Positions 1 through 9,703 are shown, counted from the stretch's first letter. The stretch: 64,000 nucleotides of DNA from Candidatus Binatia bacterium (GCA_035626675.1 DASPNH010000202.1:15020-79019); one strand, 5' to 3'. Made by a program: numbers and translations. Notes: generated from the letters alone by a model not told the origin.

Positions 1-1
1 C

Positions 2-85
2 TGCTTCGACGGCGAGACCGAGTACACCGTCTATCTGCGCGACCCCGACCACCGCCGTGTCGGCGTGTCGACCTACCAATTCTGA
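2..85 (+). CDS. 3' end of a gene running in from the window edge, possibly a VOC/glyoxalase-family protein (partial)
   Basis: Frame 2 reads CFDGETEYTVYLRDPDHRRVGVSTYQF* with the stop at 83-85. YLRDPD resembles the VOC C-terminal Y/F-x-x-DPDG motif. Confidence 0.45.
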   Translation, partial: CFDGETEYTVYLRDPDHRRVGVSTYQF

Positions 86-109
86 GGTGCCCACCCCGGG
101 GAGGTTGCG

Positions 110-487
110 ATGAAAATCCTGCATACGATGCTGCGCGTAAAAGACCTGGATGCGTCCATCGACTTCTACTGCACCAGGCTCGGCATGGAGCTGAAGCGCC
201 GCACCGACTACCCCGGCGGCGAGTTCACCCTGGCCTTCGTCGGCTACGTGGGAGCCGAGCACGAGATCGAGCTGACCTACAACTGGGACGGCCGCGATTA
301 CGAAATCGGCACGGCCTACGGTCACGTCGCGATCGGCGTGGCCGACATCCACGCCGTGTGCGATCGGCTGCGCCAGGCCGGAGTGACGATCACGCGCGAG
401 CCGGGGCCGATGAAGCACGGCAGCACCGTCATCGCCTTCGTCAAAGACCCGACGGGGTATCCGGTGGAGCTGATCGAGCGGGTTTGA
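110..487 (+). CDS. gloA: Lactoylglutathione lyase (glyoxalase I)
   Basis: MKILHTMLRV, ELTYNW, YGHVAIGV and FVKDPTGYPVELIE motifs; 125 aa; GGAGG RBS upstream. Confidence 0.93.
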   Translation: MKILHTMLRVKDLDASIDFYCTRLGMELKRRTDYPGGEFTLAFVGYVGAEHEIELTYNWDGRDYEIGTAYGHVAIGVADIHAVCDRLRQAGVTITREPGPMKHGSTVIAFVKDPTGYPVELIERV

Positions 488-576
488 GCGTGCCCCGCTG
501 TCTTGGCGGCCCGATTTCCCGAAATGCTCCCGATTCGCTCGAGGCTGCTCGCTCGGTTCGGTGTAGGGTGCGGGCC

Positions 577-3279
577 ATGAAGATCCGCAACGCGCTTTCT
601 CTGATCGCCGCCCTGACCGCCGGACTGGCCGCCGCCTCCCCCGCCCACGCCGACAAGGCCAAGGGCAAGGACCTCATCGCCACCGGCCTCGAGGTCACCC
701 AGTCCGTCCAGACCCTGGCCAACGACGTTCCCCTGGTCACCGGCAAGAACACCTGGGTTCGCGTCTACGCGCGCGTCACCACGGTGGACGGCACCGACAA
801 GCTCGACGGCATCACCGCACGCCTGGTCGCCTCGCGCATCGCACCGGGCCCGGTCACGTTCCTCGGCTTCCTGGACTCGGAGCCGGTCACGATCGGAACC
901 AGCGCCGAAGCCTCGCGCCTGAGCCCCGGCCGCAGCTTCGATTTCAACATTCCGCCCTCGTGGCGCTCGGGCACGGTGCAGATGGTCGCCGTCGTCGACT
1001 TCCACGACGACGTCAGCGAGGCCAGCGAGGTCAACAACGCGCTGCTCTCCACCGTCACCTTCGAGCCGGTGCCGCCGCTGCGCCTGCGCGTCTACGGCGT
1101 CGAGTATCCCGGCGGCACGCTGCCGCCGCCGGTGCACGAGACGCGCCTGCGCTCGTGGCTGTCACGCGTCTATCCGACCGCGTCGGTGCTGTACCAGCCG
1201 CGAACCCTGACGACTCCCATCGCCTGGCCCAACGACCAGTGCACCTGCACGCGCGACGACGACGGCAACTGCGGCAACGTCGGCGTGTGCCCCAACGATC
1301 CTGGCCGTCCGTGCGACTCCGATCTGGACTGCGGCTGCGCGCGACTGAACGATCAGCTCACCACGATGCGCAACTTCGACAAGGCCAACCAGCCGGGCAC
1401 GTTCGATCCCGACCGGCGCTACGTGGCCATGGTCCACGACGACGGCGGCTTCATGCGCGGCTGCTCGCCGGGCGTGGACCGCAAGGTCGCGGCAGGCCCG
1501 GCCGGCCCCGGAGACTTCGGTTGGGATTTCGACGGCTCCTACGCCGACTGGTACACCGGCCACGAGATCGGTCACGCACTGGGACGCCCGCATGCGACCT
1601 GCTGCGGCGCCGAGCCCAATCCCGGCGACGTCGTCTTTCCCTACGACATGTGCCTGATCGGCGAGACCGACAACGCCGTGGTCGGCTTCGACACCTCGCT
1701 GCATCGAACCTACACCGCCGACTGGACGACGTCGTGGACCGACATGATGAGCTACTGCGACGCGGTGTGGCTGTCGGATTTCACCTACGAAGCGCTGCTC
1801 GACCAGCTCGTCGAAGAGAATGGTGCTCCGCCGCCGCCGCCGCCCGTCCTCGGCGACTACGTGCTGGTGCAGGGGAGCAAGAACGCCAAGCTCGGCAGCG
1901 TCAGGATCACCAGCGTGGTGCGGATGGATGATGCATGGGCGAACGCGCCGCGCACCGCCGGCGACCTGCTGATCGAGCTCTACGACGCCGCCGGAGGGCT
2001 GGCTGCCACGCACGCGGCGGCCACCGCAGTGATGGAAGATGACGCCGACCTCGTGCCCGACAGCCTTGCCGGCCAGGTGCGCAGCTCCAATCCGATCGCA
2101 ACCTTCGCCGAGGTTCTTCCGGTGCCGGCCGGAGGCCTGTCCCGCATCGCGATCGTCGAGAGCGGCGTCGAGGTCGCTTCGCGCGAGGGATCGGCAAATC
2201 CACCCACGGTGCTGATCACGTCTCCGGCCGGCGGCGAGAGCGTCGACGACGGATTCGAGATCACGTGGACGGCAGGCGATCCCGACGGCGATGCGCTCGA
2301 GTTCTTCGTGCTTTACAGCACGGATGCCGGCGCGACCTGGGAGACGATCGCCGCAGGGATCACGGACGACGCGCTGACGTTCGATCGCAAGGGGCTGGCT
2401 GGAGGAACGCAGGTGCTGCTGCGCGTCGTGGCAAGCGACGGTTTCCATTCGGCCAGCGACGACAGCGACGGCGTCGTCACGGTTCCGGACGCCGACCCGT
2501 CCATCGTCATCGTTGCTCCAGCCGGCGGCGCAACACTGGCGGCGTTGCAGACGCTGAGCCTCGAGGCTTCCGCCGACGATGCCGACGACGGCGTGCTCGG
2601 CGAGGGCAGCGTCGTGTGGACATCGGATCGCCAGGGCGCGCTCGGCCAGGGCAGCTCGCTGACGCCGGCGCTGGCGCTCGTGCCCGGAACGCATCTGCTG
2701 ACCGCGACGGCCACCGACTCGCAGGGCAACACCGCCAGCGACAGCATCGAGGTCGTGGTCGGAAGCGCAGCGGCCGACGCCTGCGGCCCGTCACCGCGAG
2801 AGGATTGCGACGAGGGGCGCGGAAAGATGACCGTGCGCACGGGAAGCGATGGTCGCACCAAGCACCAGCTCTATCGCCTGTTTGGAGGCGCCGACGGCGA
2901 CGCCGCGACGCTGTTCGGCGACCCCACCACTTCGACGGCGCACACGCTGTGCATCTACGAGAACGGCCTGCTGACCAACGCCCTGGCCCTTCCGGCGCCT
3001 GGCCCGGGCTGGCACGCGGTCCGTCATCGCGGCTTCTCGATCGTGGATCGCAGCAGCACCTCGGTGCAGAAGGCGGTGCTGACGGCGGGAACGGCGGATG
3101 CGCCGAAGCCGGCAAGGATCCTGGTCAAGGGTGAGGGCGACGATCTTCCCGACCTGCGCCTGCCGGCAACGGTGCCGCTCCACGTCCAGCTGGTCAACGA
3201 CACCGACACGAGCTGCTTCAGTGCCGCATTCCACTCGCTGACCAAGAACGGCAGCGGAGTGCTGCAGGCCAAGGAGTGA
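577..3279 (+). CDS. Secreted multidomain zinc metalloprotease (metzincin-like) with Ig/CARDB-like modules and a Cys-containing C-terminal domain
   Basis: Signal peptide MKIRNALSLIAALTAGLAAASPAHA (ATG 577, in frame with ORF 358). Extended zinc motif HEIGHALGRPH and Met-turn DMMSY. DEVSEASEVNN resembles a CARDB motif; Ig-like TATATDSQG strands. Confidence 0.8.
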   Translation: MKIRNALSLIAALTAGLAAASPAHADKAKGKDLIATGLEVTQSVQTLANDVPLVTGKNTWVRVYARVTTVDGTDKLDGITARLVASRIAPGPVTFLGFLDSEPVTIGTSAEASRLSPGRSFDFNIPPSWRSGTVQMVAVVDFHDDVSEASEVNNALLSTVTFEPVPPLRLRVYGVEYPGGTLPPPVHETRLRSWLSRVYPTASVLYQPRTLTTPIAWPNDQCTCTRDDDGNCGNVGVCPNDPGRPCDSDLDCGCARLNDQLTTMRNFDKANQPGTFDPDRRYVAMVHDDGGFMRGCSPGVDRKVAAGPAGPGDFGWDFDGSYADWYTGHEIGHALGRPHATCCGAEPNPGDVVFPYDMCLIGETDNAVVGFDTSLHRTYTADWTTSWTDMMSYCDAVWLSDFTYEALLDQLVEENGAPPPPPPVLGDYVLVQGSKNAKLGSVRITSVVRMDDAWANAPRTAGDLLIELYDAAGGLAATHAAATAVMEDDADLVPDSLAGQVRSSNPIATFAEVLPVPAGGLSRIAIVESGVEVASREGSANPPTVLITSPAGGESVDDGFEITWTAGDPDGDALEFFVLYSTDAGATWETIAAGITDDALTFDRKGLAGGTQVLLRVVASDGFHSASDDSDGVVTVPDADPSIVIVAPAGGATLAALQTLSLEASADDADDGVLGEGSVVWTSDRQGALGQGSSLTPALALVPGTHLLTATATDSQGNTASDSIEVVVGSAAADACGPSPREDCDEGRGKMTVRTGSDGRTKHQLYRLFGGADGDAATLFGDPTTSTAHTLCIYENGLLTNALALPAPGPGWHAVRHRGFSIVDRSSTSVQKAVLTAGTADAPKPARILVKGEGDDLPDLRLPATVPLHVQLVNDTDTSCFSAAFHSLTKNGSGVLQAKE

Positions 3280-3604
3280 AGCGGCGAGCTTGCGTCGCAA
3301 GCTCTTGGAGATTGCCTGCCACGTAATCCTGCAGAGAGCCCGCGTAGGTCTCGTCCACGAAGTTCAGATTCGGTGCGAATCCTTCGACGGGCTCGCCGTG
3401 CGCGATCTGGAACTTGAGCCCCGGCATGGCCCTGACCTGCCAGCCCGCCGGAGCGACGTAGGAGAACTTTCCGGCGGACTCGACGTGCCGTTTGGCATCC
3501 TCGGCCGCGGCGGGCCCCGCGATCGCGAGCAGCAGCGCCGCAGACAGCAGGAGGGCTCGCCGGCCTCGTGAGCCGTTGCCGTACGCGGAAGGACTGGTCT
3601 GCAT
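3218..3604 (-). pseudogene. Probably truncated exported PsbP/DcrB-like protein
   Basis: From ATG 3604: a signal peptide, then KFSYVAPAGWQV...GFAPNLNFVDE...LQDYVAGNLQEL. The frame then runs into the antisense of the upstream gene's 3' end and gives nonsense-like sequence. Confidence 0.45.
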
Positions 3605-3699
3605 CGTGGCGCTCACGGATTTCCTCCTGATCTTGCTGCGAGTCGCTCGGTCATGGTCTCGCCATCCGGCGGCGAAGAATGCGGAGCGGCCGGCCCACG

Positions 3700-5328
3700 C
3701 TACCGCCGGATCACCGTTCCGGCCTTGGCGTCGGCATCGTAACGGTCGCCTTCGACGACATGGCGCCCGCCGATGAAGACGTGCTCGATGCCGCGCGGAA
3801 ACTCGCTCGGCTTCTGGAACGTGGCGGTGTCGGCGAGCGTTGCCGGATCGATGACGACGAGGTCGGCCGCGCAGCCCTTGCGCACGAAGCCGCGATCGCT
3901 CCAGCCCAGACGGTCGGCGGCGGCGCCGGTCATCTTGCGCACCGCCTCCTCGAGCGGGAACAGTCCGCGCTTCACGTAGGTGTGCAGCACGCGGGGGAAC
4001 GTGCCGTAGCTGGCCGGGTTCTGGTGGCCGCACGCGGTGACGAAGGTATCGGTCTCGATGGTGCAGAGCGGATGGCGCAGCACCGCTTCCAGCGCGCTCT
4101 CGTCGGAGGCGTCGCCGCTGTACTTGTGGATGAGCACGCGCGCGTTGCGATGACTGGCCATCACCATGCGCGCATAGAATTCCCAAACGCTCATTCCGGC
4201 ATCGCGCGCCGCCTCGCCGCAGAACCAGCCGTTGTACCTCTCGAAGGCGGCCGCGTTGGCGTTCATGATCTGGATGTCTTCGAGGTGGAATCCGATCTGA
4301 TCGAAGACGGCGTTGCCGATGGCGACCAGCCCTTCCATCTGCTCGGGGCTGGACAGGACGTTCTCGAGGAACGGCAGCACCTCGGGCGGGAAGATGACGC
4401 TGGCCGTGGTGTTGCCGGCCGTGTACGGGAATGCGTCGAAGGCCACGTCGATTCCGCGTGACCTCGCCTCCTCGATCAGCGCGATGGCGCGTTCGGCCGT
4501 CGGCCACGTTCCCTGCCCGACGAAGATCAGGTGACTGATCTGCAGCCGCGCCCTGGCCAGCTCGGCCACGCGCAGGATCTCCTCGATGGCAGCGAGGTTG
4601 TGCGGCTGCGTCGCAGGGTCGGTCTTGTAGACGGGGCTGACCCAGCTGTACGCGCGCAGGTGCGAGGTGAAGATCTTGCCCGCTTCGCGCGCCCAGCTCG
4701 CGAAGGCCGCAAGCTCGTTTTCGCGCGCGAAGATTCCCGGCGGATAGCCCAGACCGGTGCTGATGCCGACGCATCCGTCGTCCAGCGCCTGCCTGGACAG
4801 CCTCTCCATCTGCGCGAGCTCGTCGGGCGTCGGGACCGAGGGATTCAGATGCCCGCTGACCGCAGCGCGCACGCTGCCATGACCGACCAGCTGCGCGACG
4901 TTCATGGCCACGCCGTCCTTGTCCAGAGCGTCGAGGAACTCTCCGAGCGTCTCCCAGCGCAGGTCGATGGCCTCGTCGCCAATGAGCAGGCTGGCTTCGG
5001 TGATCGGACCGCGGGTGTGCTCGGAGATGGGGCCGGGGCTGAAGCCACAATTGCCGCCGACCAGCGTCGTCATGCCCTGGCGAACGAAAGGCTCGAGCAG
5101 TCTGCCGTGATCGCTGCCCGGAACCAGGAAGTCGGAGTGGCTGTGAATGTCGATGAAGCCCGGCACGACGAAGCGACCCTTGCAGTCGATCGTGCGCGCA
5201 GCTCGGACTCCGTCCAGATCGCCGACCGCGACGATCTCGTTTCCGCGAACCGCGACATCGGCGGCAAAGGCTGCACTTCCGGTGCCGTCGACCACGCTGC
5301 CGCCTTCGAGCTTCAGGGTTGCTTCCAT
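3700..5328 (-). CDS. N-acyl-D-amino-acid deacylase family amidohydrolase
   Basis: GFIDIHSHSD metal motif, QGMTTLVGGNCG, HPASYGTFPRV-like segment (NPASYGTFPRV), G..ADLVVID; 542 aa. Confidence 0.88.
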   Translation of the reverse strand: MEATLKLEGGSVVDGTGSAAFAADVAVRGNEIVAVGDLDGVRAARTIDCKGRFVVPGFIDIHSHSDFLVPGSDHGRLLEPFVRQGMTTLVGGNCGFSPGPISEHTRGPITEASLLIGDEAIDLRWETLGEFLDALDKDGVAMNVAQLVGHGSVRAAVSGHLNPSVPTPDELAQMERLSRQALDDGCVGISTGLGYPPGIFARENELAAFASWAREAGKIFTSHLRAYSWVSPVYKTDPATQPHNLAAIEEILRVAELARARLQISHLIFVGQGTWPTAERAIALIEEARSRGIDVAFDAFPYTAGNTTASVIFPPEVLPFLENVLSSPEQMEGLVAIGNAVFDQIGFHLEDIQIMNANAAAFERYNGWFCGEAARDAGMSVWEFYARMVMASHRNARVLIHKYSGDASDESALEAVLRHPLCTIETDTFVTACGHQNPASYGTFPRVLHTYVKRGLFPLEEAVRKMTGAAADRLGWSDRGFVRKGCAADLVVIDPATLADTATFQKPSEFPRGIEHVFIGGRHVVEGDRYDADAKAGTVIRR

Positions 5329-5754
5329 CCCGGCGTTCTAGCGGTCGCGGGAGCGTGTTCCAAAGCGATGGGGCGCCAGCTCGGCCGCACGCCGACGAAC
5401 CTGTGCTGACAGCTGACGACAGCAGCGCGGCTTGCTCAGCGGCCCGACGATAGCGCGCTCAGGCCGCAGCCCGTTCCGTTCGTCGTCGGCGTCGCGATGC
5501 GTTCGATGTCCTTCGGCATGACCGCCTTGGACACGTGGAGGCAGTCTTGGTGCGAGCGCAGACGCCGTCGCGACCGACGTCGACCCGCGTCCACGGATCA
5601 GCCAGACGACGTCGACGGCGCCCGGCCGGCCCGTCAGACGATGGCCGTCTGTCGGAGGACACGCCCTCGCGCCGGCGGTTTCGGCGCGAGCGGGAAGATC
5701 CTGCCTTGACTCAGACGCGTCCGGCAGGAGAGGCTCAGTCGGGGAGGCCCCGCC

Positions 5755-6681
5755 ATGACCACGAACTGCCGATTCCTCGCTCTGGCCGCCGTCTGCCAAC
5801 TCGCCGCCGCTTCGGCTGCCAGCGCGCTGTCGTACACGCATATCGAGGACTGCGGCGCGGTGGTCGTCGGCGCCGCGATCCTGCGGCGCGACCTGCACTG
5901 CACGGACCCCGACACGCCAGCGATCCACTTCGCGGGCGGCGGCAGCCTGGACATGCAGGGACACGAGATCACCTCGACCGGCACGGGCATCTCGGCCGAG
6001 CGCAGCCTGAGGCTGTATTCCACCTTGGGAGCCAGTCGCATCCAGGCGCCTCTGGCGATCCGCGGCGGCGACGGCTCGACCTACGCGCTTGGTCCCAAGC
6101 TGGACATCACCGGGCTGGACATCGTCGGCCGCGTCCTCGCCCGGCGTCTGCACATGCGCGACGGCTCGGTCACCGGCGTCACCAGCGCCTCCGATCCCGC
6201 CGTCAGCACCATCGTGTACGCGTCGCTGGTGCGGACGGTCGTCGCCGGCAATGCCGGCGTGGCAGTCGTCGGCGGCTCGGTGCGGCTGCGCGACAGTGAG
6301 ATCACGGACAATGGCGGCCACGGCATCGTCGCCCGGATCGTGACCGTCATCGGCTCGGCCATCGACGGCAACGATGGCGGTGGCATTTCTGCGCAGTCGC
6401 ATGCGCGCGTGCTGGGCGGCTCGAGCATCACCGGCAATGCGCTGTTCGGCCTCCTGTACGAAGGCCTGGGCCGCAATCCCCTGGCCAGCGGCCCCGAGAT
6501 CGGAGCCTCGGCCGTCACGGCCAATGTCTCCTCGCCGCAGTGCGCGTCGCAGAGCGGCAACGCTGCGCGCTGCGCCGACATCGCCTCCTCCTTTCTGCCC
6601 GTCCTGCGCCGCGGCGGCAGCTGCGACACCAGCTCGCGCCTTACCGACGGCGAGCCATGGGGAGTCTGCGCAGAAGATTGA
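5755..6681 (+). CDS. Secreted right-handed beta-helix (pectin-lyase-like) protein
   Basis: Signal peptide; repeated ITDNGGHGI / IDGNDGGGI / ITGNALFG coils; Cys-rich C-terminus CADIASSFLP...CDTS...WGVCAED. Confidence 0.65.
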   Translation: MTTNCRFLALAAVCQLAAASAASALSYTHIEDCGAVVVGAAILRRDLHCTDPDTPAIHFAGGGSLDMQGHEITSTGTGISAERSLRLYSTLGASRIQAPLAIRGGDGSTYALGPKLDITGLDIVGRVLARRLHMRDGSVTGVTSASDPAVSTIVYASLVRTVVAGNAGVAVVGGSVRLRDSEITDNGGHGIVARIVTVIGSAIDGNDGGGISAQSHARVLGGSSITGNALFGLLYEGLGRNPLASGPEIGASAVTANVSSPQCASQSGNAARCADIASSFLPVLRRGGSCDTSSRLTDGEPWGVCAED

Positions 6682-6792
6682 GACCGCGTGCAGAAGCGGC
6701 GGGCAGGCCGCACGTGCGTCCAGCCGCTAACGGGCCATCCGCGTGCATCGGCCGCGGACCTGGGAGAAGTTGCCCGAGCCCGGAGGTGAGCC

Positions 6793-7851
6793 ATGCAGTT
6801 CGGTCTTCTGCAGATCTTCCAGAACCACCGAAGCGCCCTCGACGACGCCGGCATGTGGCGCGAAGAGATCGCCATGGCGCTCGATGCCGAGGAACTCGGC
6901 CTGGACTCGGTCTGGGTCGTCGAGCACCACTTCCGCGACTACGCGGCGTGTCCCGACAATCTGCAATATCTGGCCTATCTCGCGGCACGCACGCGCCGCA
7001 TCCGCCTTGCCACCGGCGCCGTCATCCTGCCGTGGAACGATCCGCTGCGCGTGGCCGAGAAGCTTTCGGTCCTCGATCATCTCAGCGACGGGCGCGCCAT
7101 CTTCGGCATGGGACGGGGATTGGCACGCCGCGAATACGCCGGTTTCGGCATCGACATGGAGAGCTCGCGCGACCGTTTCGACGAGGCTGCCGATGCCATT
7201 CTGGCCGCGCTCGATACCGGCTGGTTCGAGTGCAATGGACGATACTACCAGCGCGAGCGTACCGAGATCCGCCCGCGCCCTCGCGCCGGGTTCCGCGACC
7301 GCGTCTACGCCATCGCGATGTCGCCCGATTCGGTCGAGGCCGCTGCGCGCATCGGCGCCGGCATGGCCATCTTCTCGCAGGCCGCGTGGCCGGCGGCGCG
7401 CGAATCGATCCAGCGCTACCGCGACCTGTTCTCCGCCCAGCATCCCGCCAAGGTGATTCCGCCGGTGCTGACTGCCGACATGATCGTGTGCGACGAGGAC
7501 GCAGGGCGCGCCGAGGCGATGGCGCGAGAGTACGTCGGCGGCTACCTGCTGACTGTCTTCGACCACTACGAGCTGATGAGCGACCATCTCAAGAAGGCGC
7601 GCGGGTACGAGATGTACGGCAACAGCGTCGACCTGCTGCGCGCCATCGGCCTGGAGAACGTGGTCGAGAACTACGTCCAGGTGCAGGCGTGGGGCACGCC
7701 GCAGATGATCGTGGACAAGCTGCACGAGCGGCGCGAGATCATCGGCGATTTCGTCTTCAACGGCTGCTTCCGCTTCGCGGGCATTCCGGCCGACTATGCG
7801 CGTCGCAGCATGCGCCTGTTCGCCGAGCAGGTGATTCCGAAGTTCCGGTGA
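6793..7851 (+). CDS. LLM-class flavin-dependent oxidoreductase (luciferase-like)
   Basis: AEELGLDSVWVVEHHF, DPLRVAEKLSVLDHLSDGR, SMRLFAEQVIP. Confidence 0.9.
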   Translation: MQFGLLQIFQNHRSALDDAGMWREEIAMALDAEELGLDSVWVVEHHFRDYAACPDNLQYLAYLAARTRRIRLATGAVILPWNDPLRVAEKLSVLDHLSDGRAIFGMGRGLARREYAGFGIDMESSRDRFDEAADAILAALDTGWFECNGRYYQRERTEIRPRPRAGFRDRVYAIAMSPDSVEAAARIGAGMAIFSQAAWPAARESIQRYRDLFSAQHPAKVIPPVLTADMIVCDEDAGRAEAMAREYVGGYLLTVFDHYELMSDHLKKARGYEMYGNSVDLLRAIGLENVVENYVQVQAWGTPQMIVDKLHERREIIGDFVFNGCFRFAGIPADYARRSMRLFAEQVIPKFR

Positions 7852-7868
7852 CGCGCCCCGATCCCGGC

Positions 7869-8483
7869 TCAGCGCGGCTTGAGCCCGTATAGGAAGATCT
7901 GGACGCTGTAGCGCGCCCACTCCTCGTCGGAGTGCGGCGGCGGCGTCAGCATCGGGAAAAGGCGCGAGGTCGCCTGTCCCCACAGCAATGCCACGAAGGC
8001 CGAAGCCGCCATCGCGCAATCGCCGCACTGGATCGCACCGGCCTTGACCTGCCTGTCCAGGTAGTTCTCCAGAACGCTGTAGATGTTCTCGGGACGGTAT
8101 TCGGTCAGGTGCCGGTTCGAGTTGGCCTGAGGCGAGCGAAGGATCAGTCGATAGGCCATGCGCACGCTCGGATCGCTGAAGCCGGCCAGGAATCGTTCGG
8201 CGATCCGGTGCAGATACTGGGCCGGATCGTGCTCCCATTCTTCCAGACCGACGTGGAGATCGGCGAAGACGGCTGCGTAACGCAGCATGGTGCGCAGATA
8301 GAGGTCGCGCTTGGAGGGAAAGTACCAGGCCAGGAGCTGTGGCGAGGCCAGGCCCGCGTCGGTCGCGATGCGCTTGAGGCTGGCCCCGGCATAGCCGTCC
8401 TCGGAGAACGCCTTGAGGGCCGCTTCCAGGATCGCGGTCTCGCGGACATCGCGCGGGACACGCTTGCGAGCCTGCTCGTTCAC
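7869..8483 (-). CDS. TetR/AcrR family transcriptional regulator
   Basis: N-terminal HTH ILEAALKAFSEDGYAGASLKRIATDAG...WYFPSKRDLY. Confidence 0.88.
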   Translation of the reverse strand: MNEQARKRVPRDVRETAILEAALKAFSEDGYAGASLKRIATDAGLASPQLLAWYFPSKRDLYLRTMLRYAAVFADLHVGLEEWEHDPAQYLHRIAERFLAGFSDPSVRMAYRLILRSPQANSNRHLTEYRPENIYSVLENYLDRQVKAGAIQCGDCAMAASAFVALLWGQATSRLFPMLTPPPHSDEEWARYSVQIFLYGLKPR

Positions 8484-8614
8484 CTGGCTGACTTAGAAGA
8501 TTTCCGGGACCGCGGCAACGTCCTCGTCGCGCCAGCGCATCGCGAGCGACGGGACGCAAGACAAAGCTGGCGCATGCTTTGACTTCCCGAATGCTCGCCT
8601 CATAGCGTGGGCGC

Positions 8615-9205
8615 GTGTGGCGCACGGGCGCAGCTCTTTTCGGCGTGGCGGCGCTGGCCGGCTACCTGGTGGCCGCACGCGGCACCAACGGACGATCCGA
8701 GTCGGTGGCTGCCCCGCCGCAAGTGACGCGTTCCCGGGAAGTGCGACCCTTCGCCGCAATCGAGGCGAAGGCCGCACCACGACGCGGCAGCGCTGCGGCG
8801 CTTCCCACGCAGCGACTGCCGCAGCCTCGCCGCACAGCCGCCGAGCACGCGCAGCCGCAGCCCGATGCGCGGCAGGATGAGCGCATCCATCGCAAGGCGC
8901 GGCGCCTGGCAGCACGAGAGAAGCTGTCGCGAGAGCAGATCCGCGGCCTCCTGCTCGACATCATGGAAGAGCAGACCGCCGCGAGCTCCTTCGACGACGG
9001 CGAGCTCGAGCGCATCACCGATGCGGTGCTTCGGGTGCGCGCAGCCCAGCGCGTGCTTCGCCGGTTGCGCCCGAACGGCGCCGGCCAGCAGATTCGCAGC
9101 CGGCACAGCCGCGAGCGCGTCGAAGCGATGACCGAGATCTTCTCGTCCACCGGCATGTCCACCAGCGATCTGGGAAAGGTCACCGATGCCGGAAGCGACC
9201 GCTGA
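8615..9205 (+). CDS. Hypothetical protein with an N-terminal hydrophobic anchor
   Basis: GTG start; hydrophobic LFGVAALAGYLVAA, a Pro/Ala-rich linker and a helical C-terminus; overlaps the trmO start. Confidence 0.5.
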   Translation: MWRTGAALFGVAALAGYLVAARGTNGRSESVAAPPQVTRSREVRPFAAIEAKAAPRRGSAAALPTQRLPQPRRTAAEHAQPQPDARQDERIHRKARRLAAREKLSREQIRGLLLDIMEEQTAASSFDDGELERITDAVLRVRAAQRVLRRLRPNGAGQQIRSRHSRERVEAMTEIFSSTGMSTSDLGKVTDAGSDR

Positions 9206-9689
9206 GCTGCGAGTCATCGGCGTGGCGCGCACGCCCTGGTCGCGGCGGGAAGACGCTCCTCATCAAGGCGAGGCCTCGCCCGATAGTCGCGCCACGCTGG
9301 AGATCGAGGAGCAGTATCGCGGCGGACTGGCCGACCTCGCCTCGTTCGCACGCATCTGGATCCTCTTCCTCTTCGATCGCAGCCGCGGCTGGAGCGCGAC
9401 GGTTAAGCCTCCGCGCGGCGGCCCGAAGCGCGGCGTGTTCGCGACGCGTGCGCCCAATCGTCCCTCGCAGATCGGACTTTCCAGCGCGGCACTGGTTTGC
9501 GTACGAGAGGCCGAAGGCATCGTCGAGCTGCAGGGCGTGGACCTGCTCGACGGCACGCCCGTGCTGGATGTGAAGCCCTACGTCGCGTGGATCGATGCAC
9601 ATCCGGATGCGGGCAACGGCTGGCTGCAGCCTTTCCTGGATGCAGGCGTGGAGCCGCGCCTGAAGAAACCGTACCGCCCCCCGCGCTGA
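9186..9689 (+). CDS. trmO: tRNA (N6-threonylcarbamoyladenosine(37)-N6)-methyltransferase TrmO
   Basis: GVFATRAPNRPSQIGLS and GVDLLDGTPVLDVKPY hallmark motifs. Confidence 0.88.
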   Translation: MPEATAELRVIGVARTPWSRREDAPHQGEASPDSRATLEIEEQYRGGLADLASFARIWILFLFDRSRGWSATVKPPRGGPKRGVFATRAPNRPSQIGLSSAALVCVREAEGIVELQGVDLLDGTPVLDVKPYVAWIDAHPDAGNGWLQPFLDAGVEPRLKKPYRPPR

Positions 9690-9703
9690 CGTCATCTGCG
9701 CGC

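Noticed and set aside
3218-5050. 610-aa minus-strand ORF overlapping the deacylase
   Set aside because: Alternative frame of the same gene. Only the last 128 codons look protein-like and are reported separately.
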